Source: a virus
Lineage: Duplodnaviria > Caudoviricetes
Reading direction: 5' to 3' (one strand)
DNA: 34,174 nt
Virus record (IMG/VR): IMGVR_UViG_3300033076_000503
Span: 1 to 34,174 of that record
Shown here: piece after piece, positions 6,886 to 14,932 of the stretch
Layout: each line of letters opens with the position of its first letter
Position numbering within the stretch: position 1 is the stretch's first letter
The notes under the pieces: model-generated
The model's database searches: none
Told to the model about the DNA's origin: nothing
Seen by the model: the letters and a program-made list of their open reading frames with translations, nothing else
Translations under genes and position numbers: made by a program

Positions 6886-7557
6886 ATGGACCGAGACTTT
6901 AAGGGGGTATTTTTCCCCAAAGACATCTGGCTTAATAATGGGTTGTCCCTTATTGAAAAGGCGTTGCTTATCGAAATCGACAGCCTAGACATAGGGGAGG
7001 ACCACTGCTTTGCCTCCAATGGGTACTTAGCAGCGTTTGCCGATTGTTCGGTGGATACGGTATCAAGGTCAATTAAAAAACTTGCCAGTTTGGGGTATAT
7101 CCTAGTTGAGCCAAGTAAGACGCCCTGGGGTGTTCAGCGCCGTATAACCAGCCTCCTACCCCTCCGCAAAATGCATACCCCCCCTCCGCAAAATGCGGAT
7201 ACCCCCCCTCCGCAAAATGCGGAACATAGTATTACTCCTGTCTTACGACTTGAAAAGAACAATAGAAAACGCCAACAGCAAGAGAGGCATAAACATGGAG
7301 AGTACCAACACGTGCTTCTCTCTACCTCTGAACTCGAAAAGCTCAAGTCAAAGTTTCCTCTGGACTGGTCACAACGAATCGAAGCCCTTGACCGAGGTAT
7401 TGAACTAAAGGGATACAAGTACAAAAACTTCTACTTAGCGATCCTGGAATGGGACCGCCGAGACAAGCAAAAGAACGGCGCAGCGTCAGGCGACGATTCG
7501 TGGCGGTTCCGCGATCCGCGAGCCGAGCGCTTGAAAGAGGCTGCGAATGCCCGCTAA
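6886..7557 (+). CDS. Phage replication initiator (N-terminal winged HTH, lambda O-like organisation)
   Basis: DFKGVFFPKDIW...LS..EKALL.EIDSL...CFASNGYLA...S..TVSRSIKKL...GYI; internal iterons; upstream of dnaB; GAGG RBS before ATG 6886. Confidence 0.9.
   Translation: MDRDFKGVFFPKDIWLNNGLSLIEKALLIEIDSLDIGEDHCFASNGYLAAFADCSVDTVSRSIKKLASLGYILVEPSKTPWGVQRRITSLLPLRKMHTPPPQNADTPPPQNAEHSITPVLRLEKNNRKRQQQERHKHGEYQHVLLSTSELEKLKSKFPLDWSQRIEALDRGIELKGYKYKNFYLAILEWDRRDKQKNGAASGDDSWRFRDPRAERLKEAANAR
7159..7220 (+). repeat. Three 16-bp iterons CCCCTCCGCAAAATGC (putative replication origin)
   Basis: Copies at 7159, 7181 and 7205 inside the initiator gene, followed by an A-rich tract. Confidence 0.85.
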
Positions 7558-8782
7558 ACCCGAACACCGCGACGCTAACGAATGGGCATTCCTTGGCTGC
7601 GTGATTCTTGATAGCGACATCCTTGTTTCGTCGTACCTGACAGAAACGATGTTCACGACGCATCGCGGGGTATTTAGGACGCTTTCAGACATCGCGGCCA
7701 AAACTAAGATTGATCATACCGACGTTGCTAGACTTATGGGGTTGGGGTTGGATGGCGTAACTATTTCCAAGTTGACCGAGGCCGTACCGAGCGCTGCCAA
7801 CTGGGAATACTACCAGAAGACAATTTTCGAGGCGTGGGCAGAAGACACAGTAAAGGCTGCGTACAGGCTCGCGCTTTCCGAGGGATTCCCAGGATGTATC
7901 GACACCGTAGAACGGGCTGTGACCGCTGTAGCTCTTCGCCAAACTAATTCTAAGACAAAGCATGTACGCGAGATTATCCATCCCGCCTTAGAGCGAGTTA
8001 TGGAGCGAATTAGAACACGCGGCAAGATTCCTGGTGTATCATGGGGCTTTGAAACCATCGACCAATGCACGCTCGGCGCTCAACCTGGGCAATTCGTTGT
8101 TGTGGGTGCTAGGCCGTCTCAAGGTAAAAGCGCCATCATGGCACAGATGGCCAGGTCTATGGCTAAGGATGGCCAGACAGTCGGCGTTGTCACCATCGAA
8201 TCATCGGAAACCGAGCTTGTGATCCGCATGTTGGGCGCTGATGCTCGGATTGACGGGCGAGACTTGCAGACCGGCATGATCGGGCAGGCTCACCTAGCCG
8301 GGCTCAAGTTGTCCGCTGAGCGGCTGATATCTTCTGGCATCTTGATCCACGATCAGCCATCAATTCGCATCGCGCAGCTTCAGGCTGTTATCCGCAAGAT
8401 GGCTAGGGACGGCGCTAAGGTTGTCTTTCTCGACTACTTGCAGCTAGTGCGCGTTCCTGGAAAGGATAGGCGCATGGATGAGGTTGGCGAGGCTTCAACG
8501 TCACTGAAGGCTATAGCTCGAGAGCTTGGCGTGTGTGTTGTGGCTATGGCGCAACTAGGCCGAGACTCTGACGACAGGCGGCCAAACATGGGCGACCTTC
8601 AACACTCATCTCAAATCGAGCAAGACGCCGACCAGATTTGGCTTTTGTGGCACAAGCAGGACGGCGAGGGCAATTTCACCGAGAGCCGCGTCATCCTAGC
8701 TAAGGTTAGGGACGGCCATGTTCGAGATGTTCCTGTCAAGTTTGATAGGCCGACACTAACATTTTTCGAGGTTGAGCCGTGA
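7547..8782 (+). CDS. dnaB: Replicative DnaB-family helicase
   Basis: GARPSQGKS Walker A, VFLDYLQL, MAQLGR, RPNMGDLQHSSQIEQDAD, AKVRDG. Confidence 0.96.
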   Translation: MPAKPEHRDANEWAFLGCVILDSDILVSSYLTETMFTTHRGVFRTLSDIAAKTKIDHTDVARLMGLGLDGVTISKLTEAVPSAANWEYYQKTIFEAWAEDTVKAAYRLALSEGFPGCIDTVERAVTAVALRQTNSKTKHVREIIHPALERVMERIRTRGKIPGVSWGFETIDQCTLGAQPGQFVVVGARPSQGKSAIMAQMARSMAKDGQTVGVVTIESSETELVIRMLGADARIDGRDLQTGMIGQAHLAGLKLSAERLISSGILIHDQPSIRIAQLQAVIRKMARDGAKVVFLDYLQLVRVPGKDRRMDEVGEASTSLKAIARELGVCVVAMAQLGRDSDDRRPNMGDLQHSSQIEQDADQIWLLWHKQDGEGNFTESRVILAKVRDGHVRDVPVKFDRPTLTFFEVEP

Positions 8783-8831
8783 GAGAGCGGAGAGAACCAT
8801 ACAGCGATTGAAAGACCAAGGAGGTCAAAAT

Positions 8832-9074
8832 ATGAACTGGTATACGATTCAGGGTGTGCCGATGTACATCACGAGCCGAGCAGCAACGATGATGACTGAG
8901 GCCGGTGTTAAGCCTGAGGCAATGAAGAGCCGGACGGCGCTATTTGTGCCTAAGGCCCCGACATTCACCGATGAGCAGATTTCAGCGTGGTTGTGGTTGT
9001 CTAAGGCCAAGGCTGAAAAGACGAGAAGCAAGAAAGTTAAGCCAGAGATTCGCGAACTCGTTGAGATGGTATGA
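8832..9074 (+). CDS. Hypothetical protein (80 aa)
   Basis: AAGGAGG RBS before ATG 8832; frame is open from 8772. Confidence 0.65.
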   Translation: MNWYTIQGVPMYITSRAATMMTEAGVKPEAMKSRTALFVPKAPTFTDEQISAWLWLSKAKAEKTRSKKVKPEIRELVEMV

Positions 9075-9244
9075 ACCCAGGAAGCAACGAAGCCATCGAC
9101 GCCGGGTGTCTTTGCCCAACCTACGACAACGCACACGGTCAAGGTAGTGGATACCGTGGAGAATCCGGCGAGCCGCTGTTTTGGATCGAGGAAGGGTGCC
9201 CACTGCACGGAACAAAGAGGGAGGTCTTAGATGACAAAAGATGA
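9071..9244 (+). CDS. Small Cys/His phage protein (57 aa; MNPGSNEAIDAGCLCPTYDNAHG...FWIEEGCPLHG), absent from the ORF track
   Basis: Translated by hand; ATGA coupling; CxC...CPLH metal-binding motif. Confidence 0.8.
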   Translation: MNPGSNEAIDAGCLCPTYDNAHGQGSGYRGESGEPLFWIEEGCPLHGTKREVLDDKR

Positions 9245-9584
9245 GTATTACGGGAACATCATCCTGATTGGCAATGATGCCGTCACGCAAAGCAAGTTCG
9301 AGCACGCTACGTTCCCATACAAGATCGCGAGCGTCGAGCTGTTGTGGGACAAGATTAACGCAAGGCAACAAGCGCCATTCGTGCCGGACTGGAGTTTGAA
9401 GCCGGAGTGGGCTGTTGGTTTCTGCGGCGCATGGACTGAATCTGGATGGGGTAGACCCTATGTGCGTGGCGAGTTCTATTTTCCCGCCCCCAAGCCCACA
9501 GACGCTGAACTTTCCGCCATGTTCGACAAGCTCGACAAAGACAAACGTGTGCAGATCCTGAGAGACGCGGGGGTGGTGGTGTGA
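9231..9584 (+). CDS. Hypothetical protein (117 aa)
   Basis: GGAGGT RBS; coupled to neighbours. Confidence 0.75.
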   Translation: MTKDEYYGNIILIGNDAVTQSKFEHATFPYKIASVELLWDKINARQQAPFVPDWSLKPEWAVGFCGAWTESGWGRPYVRGEFYFPAPKPTDAELSAMFDKLDKDKRVQILRDAGVVV

Positions 9585-9823
9585 GTTGGAAACAAGTTTC
9601 GGTGGATGAACACCAGGATGCCGAGAGAGACTTGAAATACATCGGCATTTGTTGGTATTGCGGACTACCCAGTGGAGTGACATGGCGAGCAGCTAAGAGC
9701 GCGGGGCCTCCGCTCCAATATGGGGACATAAACTCAGGCGATCACGAGGACGGAAGACAATGTATCCGCGCACTAAGAGATGCTGGGGCCATAGTTCTAC
9801 CAATAGCGGAGCAACCGAAATGA
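9581..9823 (+). CDS. Hypothetical protein with CxxC...H...C motif
   Basis: GTGA coupling; CWYCG motif. Confidence 0.7.
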   Translation: MSWKQVSVDEHQDAERDLKYIGICWYCGLPSGVTWRAAKSAGPPLQYGDINSGDHEDGRQCIRALRDAGAIVLPIAEQPK

Positions 9824-10239
9824 CCCAAGAACACAGAGACCTATTCCTAGCCATGGATGGATGGCAGGAGACAGAGCGCGGGTATATTCGCGTGAACGAG
9901 TACTTTGATGTTCACGACACGATGCCTGTCCCCAGAGTGATGCGGTTCTATGTCAGAGCCAACATGCACCAAACGCACCGCAAGTTCCGCCGCTTCCCCT
10001 TCGGACGCAAGCCTAAGCACGACCCGCTGGTGGGATGGTTTGCTACCGACGCAAAGATTCGTCGCGGCACTAGGACGGCTACGCTCAAGAGCGGTAGAGA
10101 GATCGAGGTCGACAACTGGGACGACTCGGACCCGAGGGGAACGCCACGGCCCGAGCTGCGTGAGATTGCATACAGGTGGCTGTATACTGCTCGAAACAAG
10201 CGCCAGGGCTGGGACAAGTACGGGGAGGTGATGGGATGA
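9820..10239 (+). CDS. Hypothetical protein (139 aa)
   Basis: GGAG RBS and ATGA coupling at 9820. Confidence 0.7.
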   Translation: MTQEHRDLFLAMDGWQETERGYIRVNEYFDVHDTMPVPRVMRFYVRANMHQTHRKFRRFPFGRKPKHDPLVGWFATDAKIRRGTRTATLKSGREIEVDNWDDSDPRGTPRPELREIAYRWLYTARNKRQGWDKYGEVMG

Positions 10240-10532
10240 GCTACCAGTGGAAGGTTGGAGAGTTGGCGGTGTGTATCGATGCCTCAAAATCTGATGGTGT
10301 ACTACATGAGGGGTGGCTCTATCCTATCTCAGAAGTTGCCGAAACTTATAAGAACTGCAATCCAGGAATACAGAACTCTGGTACAGGATTACTATTCGAG
10401 ACGGGGCCACGGCCCACTCGGGCGGACTACTGGTCGTCTCGTCGCTTCCACCCCCTACACGGCACCGACATCCGCAAGCTAGAAGAGAAGTACCCGGAGT
10501 ACGTCATCAAGACAAACGAGGTGGAAGGATGA
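10236..10532 (+). CDS. Hypothetical protein with SH3-like N-terminus (WKVGELAVCID)
   Basis: GGAGGT RBS; ATGA coupling; KVGxxxxC pattern seen in small phage beta-barrel proteins. Confidence 0.7.
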   Translation: MSYQWKVGELAVCIDASKSDGVLHEGWLYPISEVAETYKNCNPGIQNSGTGLLFETGPRPTRADYWSSRRFHPLHGTDIRKLEEKYPEYVIKTNEVEG

Positions 10533-10753
10533 GTATTACGAGTGGGTTTGAGGAATCTAAGAACGCCCTGACGAGGACATACCCAGACTTTCGCGTAGAC
10601 GCCCTACTCGCGCACACACGAGCGCTAGAGGCGATGCTGAAAAAGCATGAGTGGACCAAACCATATGCCCCGACGTGCTCAGAGTGCGGTATGTATGAAT
10701 CACAAGGGCATGCCCCCAATTGCCAACTCGCCAAGCTTCTGGAGGGTGTATGA
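10529..10753 (+). CDS. Small Zn-binding protein (CSECG...GHAPNC)
   Basis: CxxC-H-C motif; coupled operon. Confidence 0.75.
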   Translation: MSITSGFEESKNALTRTYPDFRVDALLAHTRALEAMLKKHEWTKPYAPTCSECGMYESQGHAPNCQLAKLLEGV

Positions 10754-11082
10754 GCCGATTCGATGCTTTCTGGGAGTTCAAGAACTCCCTCAATGGCCTA
10801 ACTCGGGAGCAGGCTGAAATCGAGGCTGCTAAGTATGACCGCCATGAGTACCATGTTTTCGTGGAGGAGATAACCTTTGATACCGGCGAATACGGGTACA
10901 CCGACGACCTAGGCTATATTCATAACAGAGAGATGAGAACGGGAGTCTTTAAAGTTGTCACTCGAAAGCGCGACCATGAGAATGAGAGGAAGGCAACGGA
11001 AGCCGGTAGAGCTATCAGTGAAATGATGACAGCCTACTACTCAACGCACGATCATAGCGACTTATTCAGGAGGGAGTCATGA
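10750..11082 (+). CDS. Hypothetical protein (110 aa)
   Basis: GGAGG RBS; ATGA coupling at 10750. Confidence 0.7.
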   Translation: MSRFDAFWEFKNSLNGLTREQAEIEAAKYDRHEYHVFVEEITFDTGEYGYTDDLGYIHNREMRTGVFKVVTRKRDHENERKATEAGRAISEMMTAYYSTHDHSDLFRRES

Positions 11083-11156
11083 AGCTACTAACAGCCTTTA
11101 TTCTCATCTACACCTTTGTCGTCACCTCATACCTCTCTGTAGGGGGTGGTCTGTGA
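11079..11156 (+). CDS. 25-aa hydrophobic peptide MKLLTAFILIYTFVVTSYLSVGGGL, absent from the ORF track
   Basis: AGGAGG RBS; ATGA and GTGA coupling on both sides. Confidence 0.6.
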   Translation: MKLLTAFILIYTFVVTSYLSVGGGL

Positions 11157-11359
11157 AACGGGCAAACATCGAATACACGGTAATCTGTGAAGATGCAAAC
11201 TATCCTTTCATGACCCAGATGCGCCACATGATCGAAGATGGATGGGAACCCCTAGGAAGTGTTCAGATTGTGCGCGAGTTAGACCCGAGTTTCGGTACGC
11301 GGTACTATCAGGCCATGATCCGACGCACTAGAAAATCTTGGTGGAGGTTCTGGGAATGA
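11153..11359 (+). CDS. DUF1737-like small protein
   Basis: IEDGWEPLGSV...YYQAM motif; aromatic/basic C-terminal tail KSWWRFWE. Confidence 0.75.
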   Translation: MKRANIEYTVICEDANYPFMTQMRHMIEDGWEPLGSVQIVRELDPSFGTRYYQAMIRRTRKSWWRFWE

Positions 11360-11631
11360 TCGATCCCGATAACTTTAGACGAGACCGAGAGTGGCCATGC
11401 TGCCAACCAGACTGCAAACTAACGTTCCCAACATCTGAGCAAATGCAGCTCCACTTTAAGCTAGACCACACAGAAGAAGAGAAAGATGCCGCATGGGCCA
11501 AGGTGCCTGCGTTCTTTGAATCAAGGCGGCAGGTATTTGGTTTAGTTGCGGTCATGGATCATGGTAGGTTGGCATCGCTGCAAGCAGAGGGCGCCGGGCT
11601 CATCAGTCGAGCGCCCGTGGGGGAGAAATGA
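11356..11631 (+). CDS. Protein with a classical C2H2 zinc finger
   Basis: W-P-C-x4-C-x3-F-x5-M-x2-H-x4-H; GGAGGT RBS; ATGA coupling. Confidence 0.75.
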   Translation: MIDPDNFRRDREWPCCQPDCKLTFPTSEQMQLHFKLDHTEEEKDAAWAKVPAFFESRRQVFGLVAVMDHGRLASLQAEGAGLISRAPVGEK

Positions 11632-12167
11632 AGAGGTGCTCGACATGCAAAGGGACTGGCAAGGTGAAATGGGACTTTAGACAGGGGGCTACGGATCGTG
11701 ATGTGCGCGAAGTCCGATGCCCAAATCCAGATTGTTTCGAAGGGATGATCGTGGTAGATACCGAAAGACGCATATCTAACTTACTGACATCAATAAACTG
11801 CCCTGACGCCAGTGGCGTACTGCGCAATATCATGACCGTCATCGAAGCCGACCGCGAGGCCGTCCATGCCGAGACACGTGAGGAGCTGCTGAAGACGCAT
11901 TTCGCCATGGGCGAGGACGTTCAATACCAGTTCCTAGGCGGCGGCGGGTGGTCTGACGGAAAGATTGGAGTCCAGTCCGCTGGACGCATCTACGCAGATG
12001 TCAACGTCCGACGCCGACCGAAGATGCGGCGCATGACCCATGGAGAGCTTGCATCCAGAGTAAGTGAAGTCTACAGCATCGGCAAGGAAGAGGCTAAGAG
12101 TTTGAACGGTGATACACTGGCCGACCTGCTTCGCAACCGAGGGTTCCCGGTACAGGTGGAAGAATGA
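11628..12167 (+). CDS. Hypothetical protein with N-terminal DnaJ-type Zn motif
   Basis: CSTCKGTG and CPNPDCFEG. Confidence 0.75.
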   Translation: MKRCSTCKGTGKVKWDFRQGATDRDVREVRCPNPDCFEGMIVVDTERRISNLLTSINCPDASGVLRNIMTVIEADREAVHAETREELLKTHFAMGEDVQYQFLGGGGWSDGKIGVQSAGRIYADVNVRRRPKMRRMTHGELASRVSEVYSIGKEEAKSLNGDTLADLLRNRGFPVQVEE

Positions 12168-12367
12168 AAGACACAGACGACCAAGGAAACCCAGTAAGGG
12201 GAGATAACGAATCCTGGTACCACTACCACCTAAGGTGGGCTTTCAAGTGGGCGAGTGAGGCTGGCGAGCGGCGAAGGATCGGAGCCAAGTCGATGGTTGC
12301 GGATGCTGACACGCGGATGGCGAATGTTAGGAACGGGTCGGTATCTAGTGATGTGGGGGCGATGTAG
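12164..12367 (+). CDS. Hypothetical protein (67 aa)
   Basis: ATGA coupling with the upstream gene. Confidence 0.55.
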   Translation: MKDTDDQGNPVRGDNESWYHYHLRWAFKWASEAGERRRIGAKSMVADADTRMANVRNGSVSSDVGAM

Positions 12368-12410
12368 TGGAACACAAGAAAGAGCTTAAAGTTAGGATGC
12401 GAGATGTATA

Positions 12411-12446
12411 TTGACTACGCCAGTACTACAAAGTAATATTGTTGGC
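12411..12446 (+). promoter_or_regulatory. Promoter TTGACT-N17-TAATAT, 7 nt before the terS ATG
   Basis: -35 at 12411-12416, -10 at 12434-12439; no SD before ATG 12447. Confidence 0.65.
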
Positions 12447-12845
12447 ATGGGACTACGCGGACCAAAGAAAGGCGAAGGCGGACGACCCCCGATTCCGTTT
12501 GACAAAGAACAGTTTGAACGGATGGCCGCAATCTCATGCACCAAACTTGAGATAGCTTCAATCTTCAATATGTCCGAAGACACACTGGAAGGCAAAGTAG
12601 CCGAAGCATACGACGGTGAAACTTTTTCGGCGGTCTATAAAAAGCATCAAGGAACAGGCAAGCAATCACTACGTAGGATGCAACTCCAAGCAGCCGAGAA
12701 GGGCAACGTGGCTATGCTCATATGGCTTGGCAAGCAGTGGCTTGGGCAGTCTGACAAACAGGAACTAACTGGAAAAGATGGCGAGCCCATCGCGTTCACC
12801 GAGATCAAGCGAGTTATACTTGACCCTAGAACTCCAAACGCCTAG
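12447..12845 (+). CDS. terS: Terminase small subunit
   Basis: GRP N-terminal motif, HTH (CTKLEIASIFNMSEDTL), GNVAMLIWLGKQWLGQSDK, ELTGKDGEPI tail; directly upstream of terL. Confidence 0.9.
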   Translation: MGLRGPKKGEGGRPPIPFDKEQFERMAAISCTKLEIASIFNMSEDTLEGKVAEAYDGETFSAVYKKHQGTGKQSLRRMQLQAAEKGNVAMLIWLGKQWLGQSDKQELTGKDGEPIAFTEIKRVILDPRTPNA

Positions 12846-14046
12846 GTGGGCATTGCCGTTACTCCAGCCATCGCGCTACAAAGGTGCGCATGGCGGGCGG
12901 TCATCCGGCAAGTCGCATTTCTTCGCTGAACGCCTGATAGAAGAACACATAGCCAATCCAAACCAGTCGAGCGTCTGTGTCCGCGAAGTTCAGAGAACGC
13001 TCACCCATTCCGTGAAACGTCTATTGGAGAGCAAGATTGCTTCGATGGGAGCCTCAGCATATTTCGAGGTGCTTGATGACAAGATCCGCAGCCGTCGCGG
13101 TGATGGCCTTATCATCTTCCAGGGTATGCAGAACCACAATGCCGATTCCATCAAGTCACTTGAGGGGTTTGACCGCGCTTGGGTCGAAGAGGCGCAACGC
13201 CTTAGCCAGACAAGCTTAGACTTGCTTCGACCTACCATCCGCAAGCCGGGATCGGAACTATGGTTCACATGGAATCCTAATCAGGATACTGACCCTGTTG
13301 ACGTCTTGCTACGTGGTCCAAAGTTGCCGCCACGCGCCATCGTAGTCGAAGCAAACTACACAGACAATCCATGGTTTCCTCCCGAGTCTCAAGAGGAAAT
13401 GGAATACGACCGAAGCTCCGATCCTGAGAAATACCAGCACATCTGGATGGGGAAGTATCTGTCGCACTCTGAGGCTCGTGTGTTCCGCAACTGGCGCATT
13501 GAAGAGTTCGACACACCACCTGACGCCATCCACCGGCTGGGCGCTGACTGGGGGTTCAACGACCCTACGGTTATGGTGCGGTGCCACATTGTTGGCCGAA
13601 AGCTGTTCGTGGATTATGAAGCCTATCGCGTCAACTGTGAGATCCTGGATATTCCCGATCTATTCATGACGATTCCCGAGGCCGAGAAGTGGCCTAGCGT
13701 GGCTGACTCAAACCGTCCTGACACCATCAGCCATGTTCAGAAGCATGGATTCCCAAAGATGACAGCAGCCATCAAAGGTTCGGGATCGGTCGAGGACGGT
13801 GTTGAGTGGCTCAAGAGCTACGAGATCATTGTGCATCCGCGTTGCCATCACGTCATCGATGAACTGACGGCCTACAGCTACAAGGTCGATCCTCTGACAC
13901 AGAAGGTCTTGCCTGTACTTGAGGACAAGAAGAACCACGTCATAGACTCGCTACGGTATGCCTGCGAGGGAGTGCGCCGTATCCAGGTTACTAGAGTCGT
14001 CCACGCAGCACCGCCTCAGCCCATGGCGAACTTCTGGAACAGATGA
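12820..14046 (+). CDS. terL: Terminase large subunit (PBSX-family-like); start uncertain (12778 ATG or 12820 TTG)
   Basis: HGGRSSGKS Walker A, AWVEEA Walker B, FTWNP, GADWG nuclease motif, NHVIDSLRYA. Confidence 0.97.
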   Translation: MTLELQTPRWALPLLQPSRYKGAHGGRSSGKSHFFAERLIEEHIANPNQSSVCVREVQRTLTHSVKRLLESKIASMGASAYFEVLDDKIRSRRGDGLIIFQGMQNHNADSIKSLEGFDRAWVEEAQRLSQTSLDLLRPTIRKPGSELWFTWNPNQDTDPVDVLLRGPKLPPRAIVVEANYTDNPWFPPESQEEMEYDRSSDPEKYQHIWMGKYLSHSEARVFRNWRIEEFDTPPDAIHRLGADWGFNDPTVMVRCHIVGRKLFVDYEAYRVNCEILDIPDLFMTIPEAEKWPSVADSNRPDTISHVQKHGFPKMTAAIKGSGSVEDGVEWLKSYEIIVHPRCHHVIDELTAYSYKVDPLTQKVLPVLEDKKNHVIDSLRYACEGVRRIQVTRVVHAAPPQPMANFWNR

Positions 14047-14054
14047 CCCATCAC

Positions 14055-14090
14055 TTGACAAAATGACACACAAGGGTTGAATATACACAC
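14055..14090 (+). promoter_or_regulatory. Candidate promoter TTGACA-N18-GAATAT between terL and the inserted genes
   Basis: Perfect -35; weak -10; 6 nt before ATG 14091. Confidence 0.45.
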
Positions 14091-14120
14091 ATGAGCATTT
14101 ATGACACGGGGTGTATCTGA

Positions 14121-14459
14121 ATGACTCCAATCCACGAGAAAGGCTGGAAGGGCGAGCGCGACAGGGTCAAGTTGATGGGCATGTACCGAGAGCTTGCTAG
14201 GTGCTTCCTGTTTAAGCCGCTCGAAGATTGGCAACTAGCTAGGATGACGAATCACCAGCTCGACAGGCTTTGCCGTGACACGTGGGATAGGCAGCCTACC
14301 AAGGAGCACAGATGGTACGCCGAGTCACATGGTATCAGGCCCAGGTCAGGCGAGTTTAAATGGCGATGGTTCTGGCGCGATCTTTTTCACCCGCCCAAGA
14401 AGCCGACATTCGCCAAGGCTTCGAAGCAGTCAATCCCGTTCGTGAGTGCGGCTGATTAA
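14121..14459 (+). CDS. Hypothetical basic, Trp-rich protein inserted between terL and portal
   Basis: Open frame; TAATG coupling with the next gene. Confidence 0.6.
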   Translation: MTPIHEKGWKGERDRVKLMGMYRELARCFLFKPLEDWQLARMTNHQLDRLCRDTWDRQPTKEHRWYAESHGIRPRSGEFKWRWFWRDLFHPPKKPTFAKASKQSIPFVSAAD

Positions 14460-14932
14460 TGGCTGCGAATATTCGCTACGTCGGCACATACCGAATCAAG
14501 CAGTCGGCAGATAACCCCAACAGATTCTGGATTATCGACGATGTTGCCAATACTCCCGTCGAGACTGGCAAGGATAGGAAAGGCAACCCCGTTATGTTTC
14601 TAGAGGCTGCTGATTTTGACGAGGCTGAGAAATGGGTGCTGCATAATCTGCACGCTCAACCCTCGGCCACGGTATCGCCAGACGTCGGCATAGTAGTCAA
14701 CGCAGGCACACCGAAGAGCGAGTCTGTATCGCCGCCTATTGCCAAGATCGATGACAACGTCGTGAAGGTGGATTTCGAGGCCCAACTACCGCATATAGTT
14801 TCAGAGACGATGTGTGTCAAATGCCTGACGCGATTCATTGATGTTAGGCCTGTGGGCGTTTTACTGAAAGACCTTGAATGCCCGAAATGTGGACCGGGCT
14901 TCATGATTGACACCGGGGAAGGTTTGGGATGA
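14459..14932 (+). CDS. Hypothetical protein with C-terminal Zn ribbon
   Basis: CVKC...LECPKCG; ATGA coupling to the portal gene. Confidence 0.75.
   Translation: MAANIRYVGTYRIKQSADNPNRFWIIDDVANTPVETGKDRKGNPVMFLEAADFDEAEKWVLHNLHAQPSATVSPDVGIVVNAGTPKSESVSPPIAKIDDNVVKVDFEAQLPHIVSETMCVKCLTRFIDVRPVGVLLKDLECPKCGPGFMIDTGEGLG

Noticed and set aside
12778-12845. Programmed frameshift joining terS and terL
   Set aside because: No slippery heptamer with a downstream structure in the overlap; short terS/terL overlaps are ordinary
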